Source: Candidatus Bathyarchaeia archaeon
GTDB lineage: Archaea > Thermoproteota > Bathyarchaeia > Bathyarchaeales > Bathycorpusculaceae
Direction of reading: 5' to 3'
NCBI GenBank assembly: GCA_038883655.1
Contig: JAVZLQ010000001.1
Location: 128,001 to 192,000 of the forward strand
DNA: 64,000 nucleotides
Position numbers and translations under genes: made by a program. A model generated the notes under the pieces. It searched no databases. It saw only the letters and a list, made by a program, of their open reading frames with translations, and was not told where the DNA came from. Shown piece after piece: positions 28,196-38,015 of the stretch; within the stretch, counting starts at the first letter, position 1, and each line of letters begins with the position of its first letter.

Positions 28196-30025
28196 ATGTG
28201 TGGAATATTCGGATGCGTATTAAAAGAAGGAAACGCCGCGCCGACGATTCACGCTGCACTTGAAAGGTTGGAATACCGCGGCTACGATTCAGTAGGCGAA
28301 GCAACAATTCATAACGGCGTTCTATACATAAAAAAGGACAGCGGAAAAATAGAGGAAGTTCATAAAATCAACAACTTGGACGATCTGCCAGGCAATATTG
28401 GCATTGGGCATACACGATGGGCAACCCACGGCGCGCCGCTACAAATAAACGCACATCCACATGTGGACTGCAGTGGGCAAATTGCTGTAGTTCACAATGG
28501 CATAATAGAAAATTTTGCAGAACTAAAAGCGGAACTGGAAAACCGTGGACACATTTTCAGGTCGAAGACGGACACCGAAGTTATAGTCCACCTAATCGAG
28601 GAGAATTTGAAGGCTAACCCACAAATAAGCCTCACAGAAGCTGTTCTCGAAGCCGTTAGAAGGCTTGATGGTTCATACGCTATAGCCGTAATCTACACGA
28701 AAGAGCCTGACAAAATAGTTTGTGCGAGAAATGAAAGCCCACTTGTGCTCGGCATCGGCGAAAACGCAATTTATTGCGCCTCTGACATTCCAGCCTTTCT
28801 GCCACTCACCAACAAGGTAGTCGTAGTTGAAGATGGCGAAATTGTCACGCTGTCGTTAGAAGGCTATGAAATTAGGAGGATTGTTGACTTCAGTACAGTT
28901 TTGCGTGAGCCAAAGGTTGTTGACTGGACACCTGAAATGGCCGTAAAGCAAGGTTATCCACATTTCATGCTCAAGGAGATCCACGAGCAACCAGCAGTTT
29001 TAAGAAACACGTTACGGCTTCAGGAGCACTACTTAGACCTTATGGCAACATTCCTTGATCGTGCACGCGAAGTCTTCCTCGTGGCTTGTGGGACAAGTTA
29101 CCACGCGTGTTTGGCTGCTTCCTACATGTTCTCCAAACTTGCCTTTTTGGGAACATATCCCGTTATCGCTTCAGAATTCATTGAACAGCATGGAAAGTCG
29201 GTGAACATCGACAGCACGATTTTGGCTGTGAGTCAATCTGGCGAAACCGCTGACACGTTGGCGGCTGTGAACTGTGCAAGGCAGCGGGCAGCTACAATCC
29301 TTGGACTGACAAACGTTATTGGTTCAACTCTAACGCGTGTCTCGCGAGTCTACATTGGTCAGCAGTCTGGTCCAGAAATAGGCGTAGCAGCGACAAAAAC
29401 TTTCACGGCGCAACTTTCCGTTTTAGCCCAACTCGCCCTACGACTAGCCAAAAAGAGAGGCAAAATATCACAGGATGAGATGGACTTTATCGCTGAGCGA
29501 CTGGAAAAACTACCAGAAGTCGTCGAAACCATAATCCGCACACAAGAGGAAAAGGTAAAACAGATTGCCAAAAAATACAAAGACGCTAAAATATTCTTCT
29601 TCCTTGGACGTGGAATAAGCACGGCAACAGCCTACGAAGGTAGGCTTAAGCTCATGGAAATTGCCTACGTGCCTTCAATAGCCTTCCCAGCTGGAGAAAG
29701 TAAGCATGGACCAATAAGCCTCATAGAGCCGGGCTTTCCAGTTGTTTTTATATGCCCGAAAGACGATACGCGTAAGACGCTTATTGGGAATATTATGGAG
29801 ATGAAGGCTAGGGGTGCATCAATAATAGCGGTTGTTGAGGAGGGCGACGAGGAGATAAAGGGTTTGGCTGACGATTGGGTTGAAGTTCCAAAGGGTATTC
29901 CAGACGTACTTTCGCCAATACCATTCGTGATTCCGCTTCAGCTTCTAGCCTATTACATGGCTATTGAACGTGGACACAACCCAGACACTCCGCGGAATCT
30001 CGCGAAGTCTGTAACCGTCAAATAG
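28196..30025 (+). CDS. glmS: Glutamine--fructose-6-phosphate transaminase
   Basis: MCGIFG, LEYRGYDS, GHTRWATHG, HNGIIEN, SQSGET, VAATKT, PRNLAKSVTV. Confidence 0.96.
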   Translation: MCGIFGCVLKEGNAAPTIHAALERLEYRGYDSVGEATIHNGVLYIKKDSGKIEEVHKINNLDDLPGNIGIGHTRWATHGAPLQINAHPHVDCSGQIAVVHNGIIENFAELKAELENRGHIFRSKTDTEVIVHLIEENLKANPQISLTEAVLEAVRRLDGSYAIAVIYTKEPDKIVCARNESPLVLGIGENAIYCASDIPAFLPLTNKVVVVEDGEIVTLSLEGYEIRRIVDFSTVLREPKVVDWTPEMAVKQGYPHFMLKEIHEQPAVLRNTLRLQEHYLDLMATFLDRAREVFLVACGTSYHACLAASYMFSKLAFLGTYPVIASEFIEQHGKSVNIDSTILAVSQSGETADTLAAVNCARQRAATILGLTNVIGSTLTRVSRVYIGQQSGPEIGVAATKTFTAQLSVLAQLALRLAKKRGKISQDEMDFIAERLEKLPEVVETIIRTQEEKVKQIAKKYKDAKIFFFLGRGISTATAYEGRLKLMEIAYVPSIAFPAGESKHGPISLIEPGFPVVFICPKDDTRKTLIGNIMEMKARGASIIAVVEEGDEEIKGLADDWVEVPKGIPDVLSPIPFVIPLQLLAYYMAIERGHNPDTPRNLAKSVTVK

Positions 30026-30086
30026 GTTTCGCTTCAAATTTTACTTTAGGCAAATACGTTAAAAGCGCGCTAAGCATCTATTAGAT

Positions 30087-30808
30087 TTGGTGCTAAGATT
30101 GGTTGATGAGGACTGGAAAAGACTTATTGAAAGTCTAAAAAGGGAGGGAATTCTCCGCTCGCCTAACGTGATAAGGGCAATGCAACTGCTTCCAAGGGCA
30201 AAGTTTCTTCCAGAAAACATGCGATCCTACAGCGCTGTTGACACGCCTCTTCCAATTGGCTTTGGGCAGACCATATCCGCGCCACATAGCCTCAGCGCAA
30301 AAGCTGAGCTAGGCGAAACATGGTTTCAATAATGAATGAAGCCCTACAATTGGAAGCGGGACAGAAAGTGCTTGAAATAGGCGCTGGCAGCGGATGGCAC
30401 GCAGCAACAATAGCCGAGATCGTTGCGCCGAGCAACGCGCCGCGAAGTGAGTGGGGACACGTGTACACGGTGGAAATAATCCAAGGACTAGCTGAGTTTG
30501 CAAGAAAAAACATCATGAACGCTGGGTACGGCGACCGTGTAACAATAATATGCGCAGACGGATCGCTGGGATATCCGGAAAAAGCGCCATACGACAGAAT
30601 CCTAGTAACCGCGGCAGCGCCAGCAATTCCAAAACCTCTAATGGAACAGTTAAAGTCAAATGGAATAATGCTAATCCCTGTTGGAAGCGTACACCTATTC
30701 CAAAACCTAATAAAAGTGACTAAAGGTGTTGATGGAAAACTGCGGGAGGAAAACCTCGGCGGAGTAGCCTTTGTCCCGCTCACTGGACGCTATGGACACA
30801 AATATTAG
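30087..30808 (+). CDS. pcm: Protein-L-isoaspartate O-methyltransferase, split by a 32-nt BHB intron (exon 1 ends 30285, exon 2 starts 30318)
   Basis: ORF 30087-30332 carries the N-half (...DTPLPIGFGQTISAPH); ORF 30320-30808 carries the C-half (MVSIM...VLEIGAGSGW...APYDRILVTAAA...FVPLTG). Removing 30286-30317 gives a 229-aa product from TTG 30087 (225 aa from TTG 30099). Confidence 0.9.
30286..30317 (+). other. Putative archaeal bulge-helix-bulge mRNA intron (32 nt)
   Basis: Central helix CGCC(30280-83):GGCG(30312-15); 3-nt bulges ACA(30284-86) and AAA(30316-18); intron stem TAGC-c-TCAGC/GCTGA-GCTA with a GCAAAA loop; cutting after the second nt of each bulge yields CCA C|AC ATG (P-H-M). Confidence 0.85.
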
Positions 30809-30811
30809 ATT

Positions 30812-32113
30812 TTAAATACTTTCCAGTTTTTCTTTATAAGCCATCAAGTCCAAGAAGCCGTGTCCACTAATGTTCATGCATATCACTTTTTCCTCGCCAG
30901 CCCTTTCAGCCTTTAACGCTTCGTCTATTCCAGCGCGTATGGCATAGCTTGATTCTGGCGCTGGCAGCCACCCTTCGCTTTGAAGGAAAATTTTTGCTGC
31001 TTCAAATATCGCCTTTTCATCTGTAGGATAGGCTACAGCCTTAACTATGTTGTGATGCCTCAACATGCTTATGATTGGCGCTGCTGCATGGTATCTCAAA
31101 CCATCCGCCTTTATTGGAGGCATTTCTGTTTTGTGTCCAAGAGTGTAAACCTTTATGAGTGGTGTGTGTTCCGCAACGTCGCCAAAATCATATTTGTACT
31201 CGCCCTTAACAAGGTTTGGTGCCGCAAGCGATTGGGCAGCCAAAAATTCGCATTCACGTTTTCCCTTTAATACTTCGCCGATGAAGGGTAGGGCTATGCC
31301 TCCGAAGTTTGAGCCTCCGCCTAAGCAGCCCACAATCAAATCCGGCTTTTCATCGATTAGGTCAAACTGCTTAATAGTTTCAAGTCCTATTATAGACTGG
31401 TGCATTAACACGTGATTTAAAACAGAGCCTAAACAGTACACGCAACCCTCATGTGTTTCGGTATATTCCAGTCCCTCCGAAATCGCAATTCCAAGCGAAC
31501 CCGGATGCGCAGAGTTTTTGGAAAGCGTCTCCCTTCCGATGCTTGTTTCTTTGCTTGGCGAAGCGTAAACCTTGGCGCCCAAGAGTTTCATCAAAGTTCT
31601 TCTGTCAGTTTTCCAGTCATAAACTGATTTAACCCAAAAAATTACACATTCGAGACCCAAAAGCCTAGCCGCATAGGCTAGTGCCGTTCCCCACTGCCCC
31701 GCGCCAGTTTCGGTGCTTAAAGTTGTTTTTCCCTCTTTTAACGCGTAATATGCTTGAGCAACAGCTGTGTTCGTTTTATGAGAACCTGTTGGAGACAAAT
31801 CTTCACGTTTATAATAAAGCCTAACCTTTTTCAAGCCTAACCTTTTTTCTAGGCGTTTTGCACGGTAAAGCGGGCGCGGTCTACCCATGTGAATATAAAG
31901 TTCACGAATTTCTTCGGGTATTGGAATCCACCCTTCACTTGACATTTCCTGCCTTAAACATTCTTTAATCATGGTGCGAGCCAAATATTCCATGCGTGAA
32001 GGTCCAGTTTCTGGCTCTTTTGGCGGAGGAAGTGGTTCGGGCAAGTCTGGCAATATATTATACCAATGTGTTGGTAACTCATCTGTCGGCAGAGAAATCT
32101 GGTCCTTTTCCAA
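30812..32113 (-). CDS. trpB2: TrpB2-type tryptophan synthase beta-like PLP enzyme
   Basis: WYNILPDLPEPLPPP, SPTGSHKTN, TETGAGQWG, HPGSLGIAISE, GGGSNFGG, SGHG. Confidence 0.9.
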   Translation of the reverse strand: MEKDQISLPTDELPTHWYNILPDLPEPLPPPKEPETGPSRMEYLARTMIKECLRQEMSSEGWIPIPEEIRELYIHMGRPRPLYRAKRLEKRLGLKKVRLYYKREDLSPTGSHKTNTAVAQAYYALKEGKTTLSTETGAGQWGTALAYAARLLGLECVIFWVKSVYDWKTDRRTLMKLLGAKVYASPSKETSIGRETLSKNSAHPGSLGIAISEGLEYTETHEGCVYCLGSVLNHVLMHQSIIGLETIKQFDLIDEKPDLIVGCLGGGSNFGGIALPFIGEVLKGKRECEFLAAQSLAAPNLVKGEYKYDFGDVAEHTPLIKVYTLGHKTEMPPIKADGLRYHAAAPIISMLRHHNIVKAVAYPTDEKAIFEAAKIFLQSEGWLPAPESSYAIRAGIDEALKAERAGEEKVICMNISGHGFLDLMAYKEKLESI

Positions 32114-32189
32114 GCGTTCTCTCTCCCCATTGAAAGAGTAGAGTATTATCTATTGTTTAAATAAAAGATTTCCGCATCAAAATTCGGCT

Positions 32190-33242
32190 TTATCCAAACC
32201 ATCTTTCTAAAGTTGTTTTCCCTCTAAGCTTCGTTATCCCGCTTTGCATTTTCTCCAAGGCTTTTCTAACGCGGTCTTCAGAGAAATCCCTCTCGCCACA
32301 TATGAAGCGAATCACGCCCTCAACGTCTGGCTCTCTCCACTCAATCTCATAATTGTCCGTAACTTTGGGGTTTAGGAAAATTTCCTTAATACGCTTTGGC
32401 TCCACGGGAAACTCGGCATTTTTAATGTACGGCAATGCGTTCTCGAGGCTTCCATGCTCCTTAATAAGTTTAAGCGCCGTTTTCGGTCCAAGCCCCTTCA
32501 CACCTTCTGGGTTAAAGTCTGTTCCAATTAAAATTCCGATGTCAACTAGCTGTTCATATGTTATTCCGCACTCTTTTAAGACGCTTTCAAGTTCAACTAT
32601 TTCTGGCACAACTTCAATGAACACATTTTTGCCTGGAAGTTTGCGTCTCCCAGAAATTGTAACGTTTCTCACAAGTCTAGGCGCGCCAAAAAGCAAGCTG
32701 TCATAGTCTTGGCTTGCGCAGTAGTCTGCGTCTCCACGTTTGACGATGTGGGCTGCTTGGGCTTCCCCTTCGCTTGGAGCTTGAATCCACGGAATGCCCA
32801 TTAAATCCAAAAGCCTTTTGCTATCTTCGGCCATGTAATCTTTTAGGCTTGATGTTGCCTGCGCATACATCCGTGCCTCTTCAATCTTGCCCTCCTTCAA
32901 GGCTTGCTCATACTTTATCAGCGCTTCCTCCTTTGCCTTAACGCGCCTCTTTATCTCCATTTCCTTCAATGCTGGCGGCGTCCCATCAAAGACGTATATG
33001 GGTTTTATTCCCATCTCCACCAAATTGCTTGTTCTGTAAAGCAAGCCGCTCAAATGGCTTGTGATTCTGCCGCTATTGTCTTTCAATGGTGTGCCGTCTG
33101 GCTGACGTATAATTGCCAAAAACTGGTATAAGGCGTTGTAAGCGTCTATTGCTATGGATTTTCCACTCAAATCCTCAAGCCTAACAACAGTTTTCGGAAC
33201 AATTTCACGGAGGTTTACACCCAAAAACCCTAACCCCACCAT
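32190..33242 (-). CDS. fen: Flap endonuclease-1
   Basis: AIDAYNALYQFL, ITSHLSGL, APSEGEAQAA, SQDYDSLLFG, GTDFN, C-terminal PIP-like TLERWF. Confidence 0.96.
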   Translation of the reverse strand: MVGLGFLGVNLREIVPKTVVRLEDLSGKSIAIDAYNALYQFLAIIRQPDGTPLKDNSGRITSHLSGLLYRTSNLVEMGIKPIYVFDGTPPALKEMEIKRRVKAKEEALIKYEQALKEGKIEEARMYAQATSSLKDYMAEDSKRLLDLMGIPWIQAPSEGEAQAAHIVKRGDADYCASQDYDSLLFGAPRLVRNVTISGRRKLPGKNVFIEVVPEIVELESVLKECGITYEQLVDIGILIGTDFNPEGVKGLGPKTALKLIKEHGSLENALPYIKNAEFPVEPKRIKEIFLNPKVTDNYEIEWREPDVEGVIRFICGERDFSEDRVRKALEKMQSGITKLRGKTTLERWFG

Positions 33243-33358
33243 ATATAGGGATTAAAACTGCGATAATAAACTTGCGAAAACAACGTTTTCCAAGATCCGA
33301 AGCATATAAGTTATAAGGAAGCTTGATAATTAGAGAAACCACCATTGAGGAATAAGTA

Positions 33359-33547
33359 ATGACCGAAAAAGCAACAACAATAACGCTGGTTACATGTACA
33401 AGCTGCGGAAAAACCATTCCGCCCGGAGCTGAAGCCACAAAATTTCTTTGTCCGAACTGCGGAGAAATCACAATTAGACGTTGTGGAAAATGCAGAAAAT
33501 TTGGTCGTCCATATAAGTGTCCCAAATGTGGTTTTACAGGACCATAA
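33359..33547 (+). CDS. Small Zn-ribbon protein (HVO_2753/DUF1610 family)
   Basis: [29 protein letters not shown]; conserved position upstream of EF-1beta. Confidence 0.9.
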   Translation: MTEKATTITLVTCTSCGKTIPPGAEATKFLCPNCGEITIRRCGKCRKFGRPYKCPKCGFTGP

Positions 33548-33569
33548 TATGATTGATGGAGGTGCAAGC

Positions 33570-33845
33570 GTGGGAAGCGTAATAGTCTCATACAAAATCT
33601 TTCCAACAGACATAACCGTAAACTTTGAAGATTTGAAGAAGAAGATTGAAGCATGCCTTCCAGAATTCGCATCCATTTATGGTTATGGCGAAGAGCCAGT
33701 AGCCTTCGGATTAAACGCCCTAATAGCACACATAAAGTTTCCAGAAGACAAGACTGGCGTGCTCGACGAGCTTGAAAAGAAGTTTGAAGGAATAAGTGAA
33801 ATAAGCCAAGTTCAAACGGTTATGGTGCGTAGAATAAGTAGATAA
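33570..33845 (+). CDS. ef1b: Elongation factor 1-beta
   Basis: GTG start after GGAGGTG; KIFPTD, EEPVAFGLNAL. Confidence 0.9.
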   Translation: MGSVIVSYKIFPTDITVNFEDLKKKIEACLPEFASIYGYGEEPVAFGLNALIAHIKFPEDKTGVLDELEKKFEGISEISQVQTVMVRRISR

Positions 33846-33921
33846 CTTTAACTTAGAGTCTAAAACATTTATATAGGATTGAGCCTCTGTTTCGAAACGT
33901 GCTATACACACGTTTAAGGAA

Positions 33922-36102
33922 GTGTTCTGGTTGAGTGAAGTGCAATTACGCGTTGGAGACGCAAAACAAAGGGACGTGGGCAGAGGAATCGCCAGGATAG
34001 ACCAGAGGGCGATGCAGAAGCTTGGCATATCTGCTGGCGACGTAATTGAAATCGTGGGAAAACGGACAACATCTGCCATAGCTTGGCCAGCCTACAGTGA
34101 AGACCAAAACCGTGACATAATACGCATAGACGGCTTTACACGCAAAAACGCTGGAGTAGCCATAAACGAGTATGTTATTGTTAGACCCGCCAAAGTTAAG
34201 GAAGGAATAAGTGTAACTCTTGCTCCCGTTGACATGCGTTTAAACGTAGATGAGGACTTCACGAATTTTGTTAAGAACCGCCTAATGGAAAGAACCCTCG
34301 TCGAGGGCGACACGACACTTGTTATGATGCTTGGGCACGCCATACCATTCACGGTAACGAAAACTCGTCCACACGGTATAATCAAAGTCACTCCAGAAAC
34401 GAGGCTTACGATTTTGAATGAGCCAGCACCAGAAGGAAAGGGCTTGCCGAGAACAACATATGAGGACATAGGCGGACTCCACGAGGAAATCCAAAGAGTT
34501 AGGGAAATGGTTGAACTTCCACTGAGGCATCCAGAACTTTTCCAGAGGCTAGGCATAGAACCGCCAAAAGGCGTATTGCTTCACGGTCCGCCTGGTTGTG
34601 GTAAGACGCTTTTGGCTAGGGCTGTTGCAAACGAGTCTGAAGCAAACTTCTTCTCAATAAACGGTCCAGAAATCATGAGCAAGTTCTACGGCGAATCAGA
34701 AGCTAGGCTTAGGGAAATTTTCCAGCAAGCCCAGCAGAACGCGCCAAGCATAATATTCATAGATGAACTGGACGCCATAGCACCAAAACGCGAAGAAGTA
34801 ACAGGCGAAGTTGAAAGACGCGTGGTCGCGCAATTACTCGCCTTAATGGACGGCTTATCAGGAAGAGGAAACGTCATAGTAATAGGCGCAACAAACCGGC
34901 CAGGCGCACTTGATCCTGCGCTTCGCAGACCTGGCAGGTTTGACCGTGAAATTGAGATTGGTGTTCCAGACAAGCAAGGAAGATACGAGATCCTTCAGAT
35001 TCACACGCGTGGTATGCCTTTGGCGGAGGATGTTGACCTTAAAAAGTTGGCTGAGATGACTCATGGTTATACTGGAGCTGACCTTGCGGCTTTATGTCGA
35101 GAAACAGCCATGAAAGCGCTAAGGAGATATTTGCCACAAATAAACTTGGAGGAGGAGCGCATACCGCCAAGTGTCTTAGAGAAAATGGAAGTGAAAATGG
35201 AAGATTTCATAAATGCCTACAAAGAAGTTACGCCAACAGCCATGCGCGAAGTCTACATTGAAGTGCCGACAGTTCACTGGGAAGACATAGGAGGATTAGA
35301 GGATGTTAAACAAGAGCTTAAGGAGGCTGTTGAATGGCCACTGAAGAACCCAGACATATTCAAGCGTCTCGGAATAAAGCCTCCAAAGGGAATCCTGCTT
35401 TATGGTCCGCCTGGTTGTGGTAAGACGCTTTTGGCTAGGGCTGTTGCCACCGAAAGCGAGGCTAACTTCATAACAATCAAGGGCCCGGAGGTTTTTTCCA
35501 AATGGGTTGGAGAATCCGAGAAGGCGATACGGGAGGTTTTCAGGAAAGCGCGAATGGCTGCGCCTGCGGTAATATTCTTTGACGAGATTGACTCGCTTGT
35601 TCCACGTAGAGGCTTGGGTTTTGCGGATAGCGGCGTAACGGAGCGCGTCATAAGCCAACTTCTAACGGAGATGGACGGGATAGTCACTTTGGAGGACATA
35701 GTTGTGATAGCCGCCACGAACAGACCAGACATTGTTGACCCCGCCGTTCTCCGCCCTGGGAGGTTTGATAGGCTCATATATGTGCCGGAGCCAGACGAGA
35801 AAAGCCGCCTCCAGATATTCAAGATTTACACGAAGAACATGCCTTTAGCCAAAGACGTTGACCTAAACCAGCTTGTTGCGATGACGAAGAACTATTCTGG
35901 AGCTGACATTGAAGCCCTGTGCAGAGAAGCAGCCATGCACGCACTGCGAAGAGACGTAAACGCAAAAGAAGTTTCCATGGCTGACTTCCAAGAAGCGCTG
36001 AAGAAGATTGGGCCTTCAATAACGCCTGACATGGAGAAATGGTATAAGAGCTTTATGCAGCAAGTTCGCGTTGTACAAAAGCCAGCGACACCTGTTGCCT
36101 AG
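33922..36102 (+). CDS. cdc48: CDC48/VCP/VAT-family AAA+ ATPase
   Basis: [11 protein letters not shown]-domain; two GPPGCGKT Walker A motifs, IFIDE/IFFDE Walker B, RPGRFDR twice. Confidence 0.96.
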   Translation: MFWLSEVQLRVGDAKQRDVGRGIARIDQRAMQKLGISAGDVIEIVGKRTTSAIAWPAYSEDQNRDIIRIDGFTRKNAGVAINEYVIVRPAKVKEGISVTLAPVDMRLNVDEDFTNFVKNRLMERTLVEGDTTLVMMLGHAIPFTVTKTRPHGIIKVTPETRLTILNEPAPEGKGLPRTTYEDIGGLHEEIQRVREMVELPLRHPELFQRLGIEPPKGVLLHGPPGCGKTLLARAVANESEANFFSINGPEIMSKFYGESEARLREIFQQAQQNAPSIIFIDELDAIAPKREEVTGEVERRVVAQLLALMDGLSGRGNVIVIGATNRPGALDPALRRPGRFDREIEIGVPDKQGRYEILQIHTRGMPLAEDVDLKKLAEMTHGYTGADLAALCRETAMKALRRYLPQINLEEERIPPSVLEKMEVKMEDFINAYKEVTPTAMREVYIEVPTVHWEDIGGLEDVKQELKEAVEWPLKNPDIFKRLGIKPPKGILLYGPPGCGKTLLARAVATESEANFITIKGPEVFSKWVGESEKAIREVFRKARMAAPAVIFFDEIDSLVPRRGLGFADSGVTERVISQLLTEMDGIVTLEDIVVIAATNRPDIVDPAVLRPGRFDRLIYVPEPDEKSRLQIFKIYTKNMPLAKDVDLNQLVAMTKNYSGADIEALCREAAMHALRRDVNAKEVSMADFQEALKKIGPSITPDMEKWYKSFMQQVRVVQKPATPVA
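34585..35447 (+). repeat. 44-nt exact direct repeat (34585-34628 and 35404-35447) inside cdc48
   Basis: ggtccgcctggttgtggtaagacgcttttggctagggctgttgc is present at both Walker A motifs. Confidence 0.9.
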
Positions 36103-36116
36103 GAGAAACATGAGCC

Positions 36117-36344
36117 TTGCCCGTTAAGACTTGGAAGACGCATCCAGCAGATTTTGTTTTATTGGAGATTCTGCGGAAAAAGGGCGCCATGACCGACGAG
36201 GAACTTTTTGAATTATTAAATGAGGAGTTTAAGGATTTGGGGTTTAAGGACTTCAATAGGCTTTTGATGCGTTTGGAAATAGGCGGGAAAGTGCGAGTTA
36301 CTTCGATGACGCGTGGGAAAAGGCGGGTTGAGCTCTTAACATAA
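36117..36344 (+). CDS. Small winged-helix protein downstream of cdc48
   Basis: LLEILRKKGAMTDEELFELL...FNRLLMRLEIGGKVRV wHTH pattern. Confidence 0.7.
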   Translation: MPVKTWKTHPADFVLLEILRKKGAMTDEELFELLNEEFKDLGFKDFNRLLMRLEIGGKVRVTSMTRGKRRVELLT

Positions 36345-36365
36345 AAGCCTAAACAAAACTTTCAA

Positions 36366-37598
36366 GTGCTTTTGATGAGTTTACCCGCAGAAGTAATAGT
36401 TGTCGGCGGCGGACCATGCGGGTCCTTTACGGCGCTTAACCTGGCAAAAAACGGAGTGCACGTAAAAGTCTTTGAAGAGCACGGCGAAATAGGCTTTCCA
36501 ACGCACTGCAGCGGTCATATTAGCCTTAAAGGCTTAAACGATTTGAGTTTGCTCCCACTTCCAGCAAAGATTGTGGAAAATACTTTTTATAGAGCAAAAT
36601 TTTACTCGCCAAGCGGCGTGGAATTCGCTGTTCACCTTCAGAAGCCGTTGACGTGTGTTGTTAACCGCGCCCTTTTCGATAAGCACATTGCTGAACTTGC
36701 AAATTCTCACAATGTAGAATATCGCTTGAACGTACGCGTCGAGTCCTTAATTGTTGAAGGTGGCTATGTTAAGGGCGTAAGATTTAGCCAAAATGGAAAA
36801 AGTGAAAGTGAATACGCGAAAATTGTGGTTGACGCTGAAGGTGTATCAGCGAGAATTTTAAGGCAAGCTAGGTTAAAGTGCGCCGATGCGTCGATGATGG
36901 TTAACGGGGTAAACGCCGAAATTGAAGGCTTGCGTGATGTTGAAACAGACAGCGTCCAAGTTTTTCTTGGAAAAGCTTACGCACCTGACTTTTATGCCTG
37001 GATTATTCCAAAAAAGGATGGAACAGCAAAAGTTGGGTTAGCCGCTAAACAGGGAAACCCGAAGGAGCTTCTGCAGCGATTTATGTTAAAGCATCCTGTT
37101 GCCTCAAAAATGCTTAAGTCGGCAAAGGTGTTGTGTACAGCTTTTCATCCAATACCGCTTGGAGGTTTCATCCCAAAAGCATTTTCCAATGGCTTTTTGG
37201 CTATAGGCGATGCAGCTTCACAAGTAAAACCCACAACTGGCGGCGGCATAATCCTCGGAATGAACTGCGCGAAAATCGCAGCTGAAACAGCATTTGAGGC
37301 GTTGCTTGCGGGTGATTTCTCAGCCAAATTCCTGAGCGCCTACCAGAAGCGTTTCAGGAGAAACTTTGGTTTCGACGTGAGTTTTATGCTTAGGATTAGG
37401 CGAATGCTCGACGCAATTCCCGACGAGAAGCTGGACTCTTTAATTAAAACTTGTGTTAGACTTGGCTTAGATGAGGATTTGCGCGTTTTCAGCGACTTGG
37501 ATTTTCAAGGAAAAGCCCTAATGAAGCTCATGCCAAAACCAAAAATTTTGCAGGCACTTTTCGCTTTTTTCGCGCTTTATCTTTCTGCGAAGCTTTAA
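36366..37598 (+). CDS. Geranylgeranyl reductase-family FAD oxidoreductase
   Basis: VVGGGPCG, NRALFDKHIA, VDAEG, YAWIIP, IGDAASQVKPTTGGGI. Confidence 0.88.
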   Translation: MLLMSLPAEVIVVGGGPCGSFTALNLAKNGVHVKVFEEHGEIGFPTHCSGHISLKGLNDLSLLPLPAKIVENTFYRAKFYSPSGVEFAVHLQKPLTCVVNRALFDKHIAELANSHNVEYRLNVRVESLIVEGGYVKGVRFSQNGKSESEYAKIVVDAEGVSARILRQARLKCADASMMVNGVNAEIEGLRDVETDSVQVFLGKAYAPDFYAWIIPKKDGTAKVGLAAKQGNPKELLQRFMLKHPVASKMLKSAKVLCTAFHPIPLGGFIPKAFSNGFLAIGDAASQVKPTTGGGIILGMNCAKIAAETAFEALLAGDFSAKFLSAYQKRFRRNFGFDVSFMLRIRRMLDAIPDEKLDSLIKTCVRLGLDEDLRVFSDLDFQGKALMKLMPKPKILQALFAFFALYLSAKL

Positions 37599-37607
37599 AA
37601 TGTTTGA

Positions 37608-38003
37608 ATGACAAAACTGACAGAAACGGCGGTAAACGCTATGTCTGAGTTTCGCTACAAGCAAGTCATAGTTTTTCGTTCCGACCTAAAACTGAGCAAG
37701 GGCAAGGTTGCAGCTCAAGCTGGACATGCGGCGGTTTCAGCGGCTGAGGAGGCCCGTAAAAGGAGATATGCATGGTGGAAGGCTTGGATAAACGAGGGAC
37801 AGTGCAAAATAGCTGTTAAAGTGAAAAGCGAAAAGGAGCTTCTGGATTTGGAAAAAAAGGTGAAAGAACTTGCCTTACCGTGCGCCCTAATAGTTGATAG
37901 GGGATTAACGGAAGTTCCGCCTGGAACAATAACTTGTCTGGGAATTGGACCCGCACCAGTCGAAGAAATGGACAAAATAACTGGTCTGCTTCCGCTTCTT
38001 TAG
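37608..38003 (+). CDS. pth2: Peptidyl-tRNA hydrolase Pth2
   Basis: KQVIVFRSDLKLSKGKVAAQAGHAA, DRGLTEVPPGT, GIGP. Confidence 0.95.
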   Translation: MTKLTETAVNAMSEFRYKQVIVFRSDLKLSKGKVAAQAGHAAVSAAEEARKRRYAWWKAWINEGQCKIAVKVKSEKELLDLEKKVKELALPCALIVDRGLTEVPPGTITCLGIGPAPVEEMDKITGLLPLL

Positions 38004-38015
38004 AGGGTTTAATGC

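Noticed and set aside
30087-30808. pcm as a frameshifted pseudogene, sequencing error or programmed frameshift
   Set aside because: The break is a 32-nt structured insertion rather than a 1-nt indel, both halves keep their motifs, and standard BHB cleavage positions regenerate the conserved residues
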